Positions 1 through 7,467 of a DNA stretch of 13,672 nucleotides are shown piece after piece (the first letter of the stretch is position 1; the number at the start of each line of letters is the position of its first letter). This DNA comes from a virus (lineage: Duplodnaviria > Heunggongvirae > Uroviricota > Caudoviricetes > Thumleimavirales > Hafunaviridae), in IMG/VR virus record IMGVR_UViG_638276137_000001, positions 64,001 to 77,672 of that record; one strand, given 5' to 3'. A program made the translations under genes and the position numbers. Under the pieces are notes generated by a model. The model made no database searches. It was given only the letters and a program-made list of their open reading frames with translations, and was not told the DNA's origin.

Positions 1-244
1 CAACGAGGTCGAAGCGCAGAGTGTAGTAATAGCGATTAATCTCCGCTACTTCGTTGCCCGTCGTTGAATCAAACTTAGAACCGGCGTAGTTCGAGTTGTG
101 GTGATTGACGTTCTGAAGGTCAACGCCATCAATCAGAACAGCCGGAATCGGTCGTTCCTCCTCAATACCTGCCGTGTGAACAGGCGGGGGAATACGACCG
201 TTTAGTTTCGTGATTAGAGTTGAAACTGCTTCTTTTGGAAACAT
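1..244 (-). CDS. Putative tail terminator / tail completion protein, N-terminal part (runs off the left edge of the window)
   Basis: Not in the ORF track; translated by hand from ATG at 244: MFPKEAVSTLITKLNGRIPPPVHTAGIEEERPIPAVLIDGVDLQNVNHHNSNYAGSKFDSTTGNEVAEINRYYYTLRFDLV..., open to the window edge. The 'P-PAVLI' beta-strand pattern and the position after the head closure and gp10-like genes fit a tail terminator. Function is inferred from synteny. Confidence 0.65.
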   Translation of the reverse strand, partial: MFPKEAVSTLITKLNGRIPPPVHTAGIEEERPIPAVLIDGVDLQNVNHHNSNYAGSKFDSTTGNEVAEINRYYYTLRFDLV

Positions 245-280
245 TAGAGAGAACAGATAGGAGAGAAGGACTACATCGAG

Positions 281-502
281 TCAGTACGTGTCTTCCATCT
301 TCCCCTCGATGATTCGCTTCGCGTTCATCGGCCCCACTTGTCGCATATGGGATTCAGCGTTGTCGCCCCCGTTCGGGCCGGGGTGCATGAAGTGAATCCC
401 CTTGACGCCGTGGTGCTTGATGTGGTTCTGGAGCCAAAACGCCTTCCGAACGGTGTCTTCGCCCCATTTTTCGACCAGAGAATCAATTTCGTCGCTTGCC
501 AT
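281..502 (-). CDS. 73-aa protein resembling the C-terminal half of an HK97 gp10-like neck protein
   Basis: ATG lies 1 nt after the TAA of the 1037-aa ORF (GAC TAA T ATG). The segment 'KAFWLQNHIKHHGVKGIHFMHPG' resembles the AFxIxxxIxxxGTKxxxFMxPA ending I recall for archaeal and phage gp10-like proteins. Confidence 0.6.
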   Translation of the reverse strand: MASDEIDSLVEKWGEDTVRKAFWLQNHIKHHGVKGIHFMHPGPNGGDNAESHMRQVGPMNAKRIIEGKMEDTY

Positions 503-503
503 A

Positions 504-3500
504 TTAGTCCGGCTTGTACCCCATCGGTTTCACGGGAAAGGGCGAGCCATCGTACTCGGGGTCTTTCCCCGTCCATTCGTATGGTTTGTCATCACCGTCT
601 ATGACCTCGAACCTAACTTCCCCAAGAACGTCGGATACGTACCGAACCCGCGCTCTCACAAATTCCCCTTCCCGGTAAGACCATAGCAGGTACTCGTCAC
701 CTTTCTCGGCCTGTTCCGGTTCATCGGGCGGCTTGACGTAATCCGTTCCGTCAATCAGGAAGTTGGGAGCGTCTTCAACTATGCTCTTGAAGTCACTATC
801 TTCGTACCCCGTAATATCACGAGCATCCACTCGGACAGTCGTTCCAGCAGTTTCGTCGTAGACCTTGTATTCGGATACCTGATACCGCTTATCGTAAGGC
901 GCAAAGTCAACGAGTCCGGTATGAGTCTCACCGTTCACGGTGAACTCAATCCGGTTCCCCTCCTCGATGTTGTAAGAATCCCAAGTCGGAACGTTCTGCC
1001 GAATATCCACGAACGCATCGTGGTTGATTCTCACACCATTACCGGAGGTCGCCCACGGCCTTGCGAAAACTCCGTTGAAGTCGCTGGAAACAGTCGCCCT
1101 CGCCAGCGTATCCTCGGGGAAGGGGTGGTCTTCAACGTCCAGAAGCTCGGGGTCGATGATAATGTCGTGACCCTCCTCCAAGCTACGGAAGTTCTCGTAG
1201 TCTTGGGAGTAGGCGTAGATTTCAACGTCCCCACTTCCGTCAGCTCTCCGAGTCCACGACTGAGTTTTACCGAACTCGTCTACTTCTGTGGATTCGAGGT
1301 CGAGCCTGTCACCGCTACCACCCGTGACCTTCGCCGGGTAGACGTTCCCACCGTTGTTGGTCTTGATGTAGACCACCGGGCCGTTCCCGTCACGGTCTTC
1401 GTGAGCGTACCGCCAGCTCAGGTCGATGTGTTCCGAGTCGAAGTCCGTTGTCAGACTCTCAGGAATCTCCGACTCCGGGGTGTCTTCCAGAGTGTCCACG
1501 TCGCGCATCCACTCATCGAGGTGGGTGTCACGACGACCGTAGAAGCTGTATCTGTCCAACTGGACAGTTTCTCCAGTAACCAAGTCGGTCGCTTCACCGA
1601 GGTAATCACCAGCGGAGTCGTCGTAACCGGGGCGGCTACTGACACGAGCGTAGTGGGTGTCAATCACCTCACCTTGGCCGTCGTAGCCGTCCTTCGGTTT
1701 GACAATCACGAAGTCGCCTTGGTCGATTTGGGAGAACTCGTAGTTGTTAGTCTTCTGACCGACGATGTTGAAGCTCTCACCCCCACCGTAGTAGTAGAAC
1801 TTCTGGTCGCCACCTCTTTCATCGAGACGAACGAGGTCTTCTTGCCGTTCAAGCGAGTGTTCATTCGCCCGAAGGCGCTCGAACACATACGCTTCGACCA
1901 GCTCACCGTCGCTCGTCTGAACGATGAAGTCCTCGCCCCGCCTGAAGTCGTATATGTCACCGAACGACTTGTCCAACGAGAGAGTGTATCCATCGGGGAG
2001 GTCGGATTCCCGTAGCGGGTCGCCTTCGTAGTCCACTCCGAGGTAGTAGTCGGGACGCTCCCAACCGCTCGGAATGTCCACGTCGAAATACTGCTCGGGG
2101 TTACTGAGCGCGACCTCGAAGAACCGAGAACGACGAGTGAAGGTATCCTCGCGGAACACCTCGTTGTCGTCCATTATGTGAGCCGCGAAGTTCTCACCGA
2201 AGTAGCTCTTTAGTCTCTCCCCGGCGATTCGGGAGTATTTACCCCATATGTTCGGGACTGAATCATCGTCGGGAACAAGCTCTCCATCAGCGAGACTGAT
2301 GGTGTTGCTGTTCTCTGCGAGGTACGCCTTCGCGTCGTCGGAGAGGTTATCGAACAGGTACTCCCCGTACTGGTGCATCAGCGCGTACTCCGCGCCACTC
2401 CTGTCCCGCATCGCGCCGTAAGCACGCCGGTATTCATCCCAATCGACGTTCTCGTTTGCTTCCTCGATTCCCTCAATCCGGCCACCCGGCTCGATGAGTT
2501 GAGACGGAATCCTGAGAACGCTTGAATCGCCACCGGGACGAATTGCGCTATCAATCGTATCCAGAGATTCGTCGGTGAGGATTTTAGACGGTGGTGGGAA
2601 GTTGTATTCCCTAATCACCTTGTCAAACTGCTGGAGCAACGCCGACGCCGTATCCTCGTCAAGCCCGTCCGTCTCTGCCCCATCGAGGGTGATGCTGGAG
2701 AGTTGACTCGCAACGTCGAACGGATTGGATTCATCGTCAACGACCTCCTCGGGGTTAGCAAGGTAGAAGTCGTTGGTAGGACGCTTAACCGCGTTCTCGA
2801 AGCGACCCACATCATCCTCAAACTCGACGATTATCTCGTCGGAGTCGATGAGAGTCACGACTCCAATTGAGCCGTGCTTGTTGTAGACCGTATCTCCCAC
2901 GGAAAGCTCCGAGTCAGAGACACGACCGACGCGACCGTAGGCGTGGAGGTTCTGATAGCCACCCCCGAACACCATCTGGTCAAGATTCGCGTTGATGGTT
3001 TCTTCGTAGTTCGTCGCGTCGATGTAGTCACCGTTGATGTTGGTGACAACATACCGACCAGTTACGCCATCTCCGCGAAGGTCAACAACGTCGCCTTCTT
3101 CGAGCTTGGAAGCCGAGATTTCTTCCTCGAATCCAGACTTCTCGTAGTCGAACCGGCTCTCGCTGATTGTTTCGGGCGCTTCTTCCTCGGCCTTGTCTTC
3201 ATCAATCACGTCGGACGGGTCGGGGTCGTTCCCACCACTCCCACCGTCGCTTTCGTTGCCGCCGAGGTCAAAACCGCCCATCTTTCGCTGAACCCACGGA
3301 AGGAGAGCCTGAACCGGAGGGCCACCGTCAGCGTATTTCGCCGCTGGAACACCAGCGTCGAGCGCCCCTGCGTGTGGGGCTTCGTTAATGAGCTTGATAC
3401 TGGAACGAGTCGGAGTGTCTGCCCCGTCGATGATTCGGAATCCTTTGGCGACCTCGAAGTTGAAGTACGCCTGATTCTCGTTAATAATCTGGAGCGCCTT

Positions 3501-3617
3501 ATTGCGTCCAGACTCCGCAATCTTGTTAGCAGACTTGTCCATCCCGCGCTTAAAATCCCGCTTCATGTCGCGGATAACGCGGTCTTCGTTTTTGACTCGA
3601 ACCTTTATCTTGCCCAT
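504..3617 (-). CDS. 1037-aa protein: N-terminal HK97 gp10-like half-domain, acidic linker, multiple SH3/Tudor-like modules and a degenerate zincin-like domain
   Basis: Long acidic ORF, tightly coupled to its neighbours (3 nt from upstream stop to start). Residues 1-114 are basic and gp10-like (..KLINEAPHAGALDAG..GPPVQALLPWVQRK). Residues 115-165 are a G/D/E/P linker. Recurring 'xxxGDxV' beta-strand starts occur through the rest. HQYGE is at aa 415-419 (nt 2375-2361). The CDS is secure; the domain calls are by eye. Confidence 0.85.
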   Translation of the reverse strand: MGKIKVRVKNEDRVIRDMKRDFKRGMDKSANKIAESGRNKALQIINENQAYFNFEVAKGFRIIDGADTPTRSSIKLINEAPHAGALDAGVPAAKYADGGPPVQALLPWVQRKMGGFDLGGNESDGGSGGNDPDPSDVIDEDKAEEEAPETISESRFDYEKSGFEEEISASKLEEGDVVDLRGDGVTGRYVVTNINGDYIDATNYEETINANLDQMVFGGGYQNLHAYGRVGRVSDSELSVGDTVYNKHGSIGVVTLIDSDEIIVEFEDDVGRFENAVKRPTNDFYLANPEEVVDDESNPFDVASQLSSITLDGAETDGLDEDTASALLQQFDKVIREYNFPPPSKILTDESLDTIDSAIRPGGDSSVLRIPSQLIEPGGRIEGIEEANENVDWDEYRRAYGAMRDRSGAEYALMHQYGEYLFDNLSDDAKAYLAENSNTISLADGELVPDDDSVPNIWGKYSRIAGERLKSYFGENFAAHIMDDNEVFREDTFTRRSRFFEVALSNPEQYFDVDIPSGWERPDYYLGVDYEGDPLRESDLPDGYTLSLDKSFGDIYDFRRGEDFIVQTSDGELVEAYVFERLRANEHSLERQEDLVRLDERGGDQKFYYYGGGESFNIVGQKTNNYEFSQIDQGDFVIVKPKDGYDGQGEVIDTHYARVSSRPGYDDSAGDYLGEATDLVTGETVQLDRYSFYGRRDTHLDEWMRDVDTLEDTPESEIPESLTTDFDSEHIDLSWRYAHEDRDGNGPVVYIKTNNGGNVYPAKVTGGSGDRLDLESTEVDEFGKTQSWTRRADGSGDVEIYAYSQDYENFRSLEEGHDIIIDPELLDVEDHPFPEDTLARATVSSDFNGVFARPWATSGNGVRINHDAFVDIRQNVPTWDSYNIEEGNRIEFTVNGETHTGLVDFAPYDKRYQVSEYKVYDETAGTTVRVDARDITGYEDSDFKSIVEDAPNFLIDGTDYVKPPDEPEQAEKGDEYLLWSYREGEFVRARVRYVSDVLGEVRFEVIDGDDKPYEWTGKDPEYDGSPFPVKPMGYKPD

Positions 3618-3619
3618 TT

Positions 3620-3958
3620 TTATTCAGAAACGAGCTTACCGAAAATCGCAACGTGCGTGTCGTACACGGTCGGGGACTCAAGCTCGTATAGAGTCCCACC
3701 ATAGCGAATCCGAGAGTTTCCTTCGGGGGCTTCCTCTCGGGGGAATAGGAACACGGGGTGGTCGCGCTTTCGAGGGCCACCACGGTTGTTTAGCTCCGTG
3801 TTCCGGTTCGGATATGTTCTAACACATCGAGTCGTGTGGGACTGAACCCAATCATACTCGGGATTATTGAAGTCGTTAGTCCCGGTCTTCGCCTCGATTA
3901 GAACATCAACCTCCTGCCCGAGTCGGTCGATAGCCGAGTGAACAGAACGTCGTGCCAT
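3620..3958 (-). CDS. Head closure / stopper protein (SPP1 gp16-like)
   Basis: 112 aa, beta-rich pattern ('TGTNDFNNPEYDW', 'SRIRYGGTLYELESP'), directly after the adaptor with a 1-nt TAATG overlap. This is canonical neck gene order. Confidence 0.7.
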   Translation of the reverse strand: MARRSVHSAIDRLGQEVDVLIEAKTGTNDFNNPEYDWVQSHTTRCVRTYPNRNTELNNRGGPRKRDHPVFLFPREEAPEGNSRIRYGGTLYELESPTVYDTHVAIFGKLVSE

Positions 3959-4401
3959 TATAGAGTGATTCCGCCGCTGGAGTCTTCCTCGTCGTCAGAG
4001 CCATACTCGCGGTCAGTCCGATTGACCGAAGAAACGCCAAAAGTAGCGCCGGGCTTCTTAATCCGGCGGAGTGCGTTCTCCATATTCCGATACCATAGAG
4101 TAACGGAATTGTCGCTCTTAGCGAGCAGACTCTTGTGGTCGATAGCGCCTACCTGAACGGTCTGAGATTCGAGTTCGCCTGCGGCAACCTTGAGGAAAAG
4201 TTTGGTCGCCCAATTGAGGGCTTCCTCCTGAGCCGGGTCGCCATACCAATCCACCTCAGCGTCGTTCAGAGAAGCACGGAGCTGGACGTGCCGCTTAGCG
4301 TCAGAAAGAACCGTGTCCATCTCCTCGCTGGAGATTCGAGACGGCTCGATGCCGGTGAACGCCCGGATTTCGGATATGAATGTAGTGTCGTCAGTTGCCA
4401 T
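3958..4401 (-). CDS. Head-tail adaptor / connector (gp6/gp15-like)
   Basis: 147 aa, helical pattern (EEMDTVLSDAKRHVQLR..EEALNWATKLFLK), first gene after the major capsid protein. Confidence 0.7.
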   Translation of the reverse strand: MATDDTTFISEIRAFTGIEPSRISSEEMDTVLSDAKRHVQLRASLNDAEVDWYGDPAQEEALNWATKLFLKVAAGELESQTVQVGAIDHKSLLAKSDNSVTLWYRNMENALRRIKKPGATFGVSSVNRTDREYGSDDEEDSSGGITL

Positions 4402-4411
4402 TAGAAGTACG

Positions 4412-4423
4412 AAAAAAGAAAAA
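4412..4423 (-). terminator. Oligo-T tract, archaeal-type terminator after the capsid gene
   Basis: The minus strand reads TTTTTCTTTTTT in the 43-nt gap between the MCP stop (4445) and the adaptor start (4401). Oligo-U termination is established in haloarchaea. Confidence 0.55.
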
Positions 4424-4444
4424 TCGAACTCGAACTACGCCCGT

Positions 4445-5401
4445 TTACTGGTAGTTCGTGCTGTTGCCCTCGAAGTGGACGGCGGCGAGCGGGTTCGTCA
4501 TCGAGACACCGAACGACATCGTGGCGCTCGAATTGATAATCTCGCCCGGCTCGGTCGCGGGGCCACCCGTGGGGCGGGTAATCTGCATCGGACGGTCGAT
4601 GTATTCCTTGACAGGATTCTCACCGACGCCGATAACGTAGAACTCGTCGCCACGGAGGTACGGCGTGGTCATCAGCTCAACACCGTCGATGCTGAACGTC
4701 TGCTCACGAACGTCCTGCGAGCGCATCCCGGTCGCCATCGGGATGTGGTAGTCCATGTCCCACGAAAGCTCGTTGCGGAGCTTGCGCTTCAGGTCGATGG
4801 ACATGAGGGCGACCTTCTGCCCGTTCCAGCCGTGGTGACGAAGCTCGTCAGCGGCGTACTCGATGTGTTCGGACGCGCGGTGCGCCGTACTGTCATTGAA
4901 CAGTTCTGCCGTGTCCGAGAAGACGTGGGAGTGGGTGCGGTCGAAGCCGTAGTTGCCGTGGTCGGGAACGTCGAACCAGACCGGCTCGCTACCGTCAGAG
5001 ATACCGTTGAAGATAACATCGTGGATGATGCGGTCTTCCGTCTCCTTGCCCTCCTCCAGCACGTTACGAACCTGCTTCAGAACGTGGTCGGAGGTGGACT
5101 TTTCGAGGAACCTCTGCGTGAAGCCGAGAGCCTTCCCGTATTCGCTCGTGCGAATAGTCATCTGGAGGTAGTCGTCGTCCTTCGCACGGGTCGTTCCGGG
5201 GAACTCGCCCTCGCTCAGCTTCTCCCACTCGCCGGGGTCAGCTTCGACTTCCTGAAGGAAGGTCTGCTGGTCAACCTGCTCCACGAACAGGTCGCGGAAC
5301 GGGCGCTCAGCCTCGTTGAAGTAGTTGATGAGATTCTGAGTCTTCTCAGCAATCTCAACAAGCGGAACATCGTCCTTGGTGAAAATATCGCGGTTAACCA
5401 T
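4445..5401 (-). CDS. Major capsid protein (HK97 fold)
   Basis: 318 aa, after protease, scaffold and decoration genes. Has an E-loop-like segment 'EWEKLSEGEFPGTT...MTIRTSEYGKALGFTQRFLEKS', a spine helix, and a C-terminal 'FGVSMTNPLAAV' pattern typical of HK97-fold capsids. Confidence 0.85.
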   Translation of the reverse strand: MVNRDIFTKDDVPLVEIAEKTQNLINYFNEAERPFRDLFVEQVDQQTFLQEVEADPGEWEKLSEGEFPGTTRAKDDDYLQMTIRTSEYGKALGFTQRFLEKSTSDHVLKQVRNVLEEGKETEDRIIHDVIFNGISDGSEPVWFDVPDHGNYGFDRTHSHVFSDTAELFNDSTAHRASEHIEYAADELRHHGWNGQKVALMSIDLKRKLRNELSWDMDYHIPMATGMRSQDVREQTFSIDGVELMTTPYLRGDEFYVIGVGENPVKEYIDRPMQITRPTGGPATEPGEIINSSATMSFGVSMTNPLAAVHFEGNSTNYQ

Positions 5402-5442
5402 AAAGAGTTAGAATTTAGAGATTAAGTCTTTAGACTGGTAAT

Positions 5443-5958
5443 CTACGCCAGCGTCTCGTAGTCGAAGTCAACATCGAGCAGGAATCTGGTGGAGCTGACA
5501 GCAACACCGAGAACCTGAACAAGCTCACCCGACGCCGAGGGAGCAGTCTGCGTCACGCCGCCGCCCGGAGCGAGATAGACGGGTTCGTTCACGTTGAAGT
5601 CAACCGTCTCGTCCTCGTCTTCGAGGTAGATGCCGTGGGTGAAGTACGTGACCTCATCCCCGGCCTGCGTGCGTTCCTTGTCGTAGGCTTCATCGAGCCG
5701 ACGACCCATCGTGCCGTTGTCGTGGAGGCTTGCCGACCAGTACGAGCGGTCGCGCACGTCCTCCATCAGGACGCCAACAGCGGGCTGTGCGTTTGCCGAA
5801 TCTGCGTCGGCGGCGACGACGATGGTGTTACCATCAACGTCTTCGCTCAGACCCACAACGTCACCCTCAAGCAGAGGGAGAGCGGCTTCGGGGTCGAGAG
5901 TTTCACCGTCGCGGTTCAGCGGCGCGTTCTTGAACTTAGCGAACTTGAAGTTAGCCAT
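5443..5958 (-). CDS. Capsid decoration / cement protein
   Basis: 171 aa with 'AADADSANAQPAVGVLMED' and 'VYLAPGGGVTQTAPSASGELVQVLGVAVS' motifs typical of beta-tulip head decoration proteins. Lies immediately upstream of the MCP gene. Confidence 0.7.
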   Translation of the reverse strand: MANFKFAKFKNAPLNRDGETLDPEAALPLLEGDVVGLSEDVDGNTIVVAADADSANAQPAVGVLMEDVRDRSYWSASLHDNGTMGRRLDEAYDKERTQAGDEVTYFTHGIYLEDEDETVDFNVNEPVYLAPGGGVTQTAPSASGELVQVLGVAVSSTRFLLDVDFDYETLA

Positions 5959-5981
5959 TTGTTAGTAGAAAATGAGTTGTT

Positions 5982-6413
5982 TTAGAAGCCAAGCCCCGGA
6001 ATGTCACCGAGGTAGTCTTCTGCGAAGTTCCGCTCCGCTTCGTCGTTGTGAGTCTCCCCACGCTGGCCCATGTCAGAGAACTCGGCCTCCTCGTCCTCGT
6101 CTTCGTCTTCCTCCTCCTCGTCTTCATCCGCCTCAGCGAACTCAGCAAGAAGCTCACGCTTCCGCGAGATAGAGAAGTTTGCCAGCTCGTCCTCACCGAG
6201 AGGCGAGACTTCGGAAAGCTCCTCGGTCAGCTCAGAATCGAAATCCTGAACCTCCGAGACGCGGCCCTCAAGACCTTCGATAGTCTCGCTGGCCGACTCA
6301 AACTCCGCAATATTCTGTTCCTGTGCCTCAGAGAACTGACGAACAAGGTCGGCAAGGTCGTCAGCCTCCATCTCATCGAGGTCGGTGTCAAAAGTAACCT
6401 TCTGGAAATCCAT
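5982..6413 (-). CDS. Capsid scaffolding protein
   Basis: 143 aa, extremely acidic, predicted helical or coiled-coil, with a poly-D/E run near the C-terminus. Lies between the protease and capsid genes. Confidence 0.7.
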   Translation of the reverse strand: MDFQKVTFDTDLDEMEADDLADLVRQFSEAQEQNIAEFESASETIEGLEGRVSEVQDFDSELTEELSEVSPLGEDELANFSISRKRELLAEFAEADEDEEEEDEDEDEEAEFSDMGQRGETHNDEAERNFAEDYLGDIPGLGF

Positions 6414-6419
6414 AGTTAG

Positions 6420-7184
6420 TTAGAAGGAGATAGTCTCCGTTCGGACAGAGAAGGCCGAGTTCTCCGAGGACTCCCCCACATCGAGGGGGTTGGCTTCGTC
6501 CTCATCATCGACAGCGGCGTTCACCTGCTCCATGATGCTTTCAGCAAAGGCGGCGCTCGGTAGACCAAGGCCACCCTCATCGTACCCTCCGGGGAACGGG
6601 ACGGTACTGAACTCTCGAATCTGCCCGTCGATGAGTTCAGGCTCTCCGTCGTCGTTCACAACAGCCTCATACTGATTGCCGAACCCGACCGAGCCATCGG
6701 TCATAGTCGGCGGGGTGTACGTGAGGCGCTTCACCACTTCGTCGTGGGTCGGAGCGCCCGTGTTGAACACCCGGTTCATCAGCATCAGTTTCTCGACCGA
6801 CTCCTCGAACCACACTTTCTGGACTTTACCAATCTCGTCCAGAGGGCGGTCGGAGTGACCGAGCATATACGGCTCCTGACCCGAGTAATTCTTCTCAGCG
6901 ACCTTTCGCAAGAAGGTGTCCGTGATACGGACTCCATTACGGTCTTCGGGCGGGCCGGGTTCCATCGCTTCGTACACAACGTCAACCGAAACCAGCTCAC
7001 CATCCTCGGCGCGGTTCTCGCGCACCCCGTACTCGTTGAACCCATCGAGGTCAACGGAATCGGGATAATGGCGACCAGCAGTAAACTCCAGATGAGCGTC
7101 GGTCGAAACCGGCTTCGGGCTGTCGTCGTCCGGTGGGGAATCGGTACTCGCAGAAAATTCAGTTTCTTTTAGATTGAGACTCAT
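6420..7184 (-). CDS. Prohead maturation protease
   Basis: 254 aa with motifs 'PYMLGH..DEIGKV', 'DGSVGF' and 'IREFSTVPFPG', matching the His/Ser/Glu arrangement of HK97/herpes-fold prohead proteases. Canonical position. Confidence 0.75.
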   Translation of the reverse strand: MSLNLKETEFSASTDSPPDDDSPKPVSTDAHLEFTAGRHYPDSVDLDGFNEYGVRENRAEDGELVSVDVVYEAMEPGPPEDRNGVRITDTFLRKVAEKNYSGQEPYMLGHSDRPLDEIGKVQKVWFEESVEKLMLMNRVFNTGAPTHDEVVKRLTYTPPTMTDGSVGFGNQYEAVVNDDGEPELIDGQIREFSTVPFPGGYDEGGLGLPSAAFAESIMEQVNAAVDDEDEANPLDVGESSENSAFSVRTETISF

Positions 7185-7465
7185 AGCAAAGTAAATGCGT
7201 AGGAGATACCAGCACCCGTAGCGAGAGTCGCAGTCGTAATCGCCGCCCCGATAATCAGGGAATTACGGCGGCTACGATTGTCGTTCTTCGCAACCTGCCC
7301 TTCAAGCGGGACAATACGGTTATCCCGTAGGTCTTCCACCTGAGCGCGGTTGTTTCGAGAACGCTCGTCGGTTCGGGCGAGCTGTGAGTTTAGGTCTTGT
7401 ATCTCACTAAGAATGTTCTTGAGGAGTTTCACCTCTGAGTCCCCATCTGGTTTATCAGCGGGCAT
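7181..7465 (-). CDS. Small coiled-coil protein with a C-terminal transmembrane helix
   Basis: 94 aa. Heptad-like N-terminal two-thirds, then hydrophobic LIIGAAITTATLATGAGISYAFTLL preceded by RSRRN. ATGA overlap with the protease gene and 2 nt from the portal stop. Confidence 0.75.
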   Translation of the reverse strand: MPADKPDGDSEVKLLKNILSEIQDLNSQLARTDERSRNNRAQVEDLRDNRIVPLEGQVAKNDNRSRRNSLIIGAAITTATLATGAGISYAFTLL

Positions 7466-7467
7466 TA

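Noticed and set aside
500-512. Programmed frameshift joining the 1037-aa and 73-aa ORFs
   Set aside because: No X-XXY-YYZ slippery site or re-pairing codon is visible at AAG CCG GAC TAA T ATG. Translational coupling is simpler, though recoding is not excluded experimentally.
504-3275. Intein or self-splicing element as the explanation of the gp10 insertion
   Set aside because: There is no Cys/Ser block-A start, no terminal His-Asn, no LAGLIDADG motifs, and the insert ends in a stop codon.
83-4441. 15-bp inverted match GGCGTAGTTCGAGTT (83-97) with AACTCGAACTACGCC (4427-4441)
   Set aside because: The copies are 4.3 kb apart, one is inside coding sequence, no recombinase is present, and one such match in 13.7 kb is plausible by chance.
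4313-5425. Long plus-strand ORFs (370 aa here; also 921-2015, 2874-3704, 8104-8595, 8970-9458, 9570-10064 and others)
   Set aside because: They are antisense shadows of real minus-strand genes. They are V/L/R-rich, as expected from the reverse complement of GAC/GAG-rich acidic coding sequence, and have no recognisable motifs.
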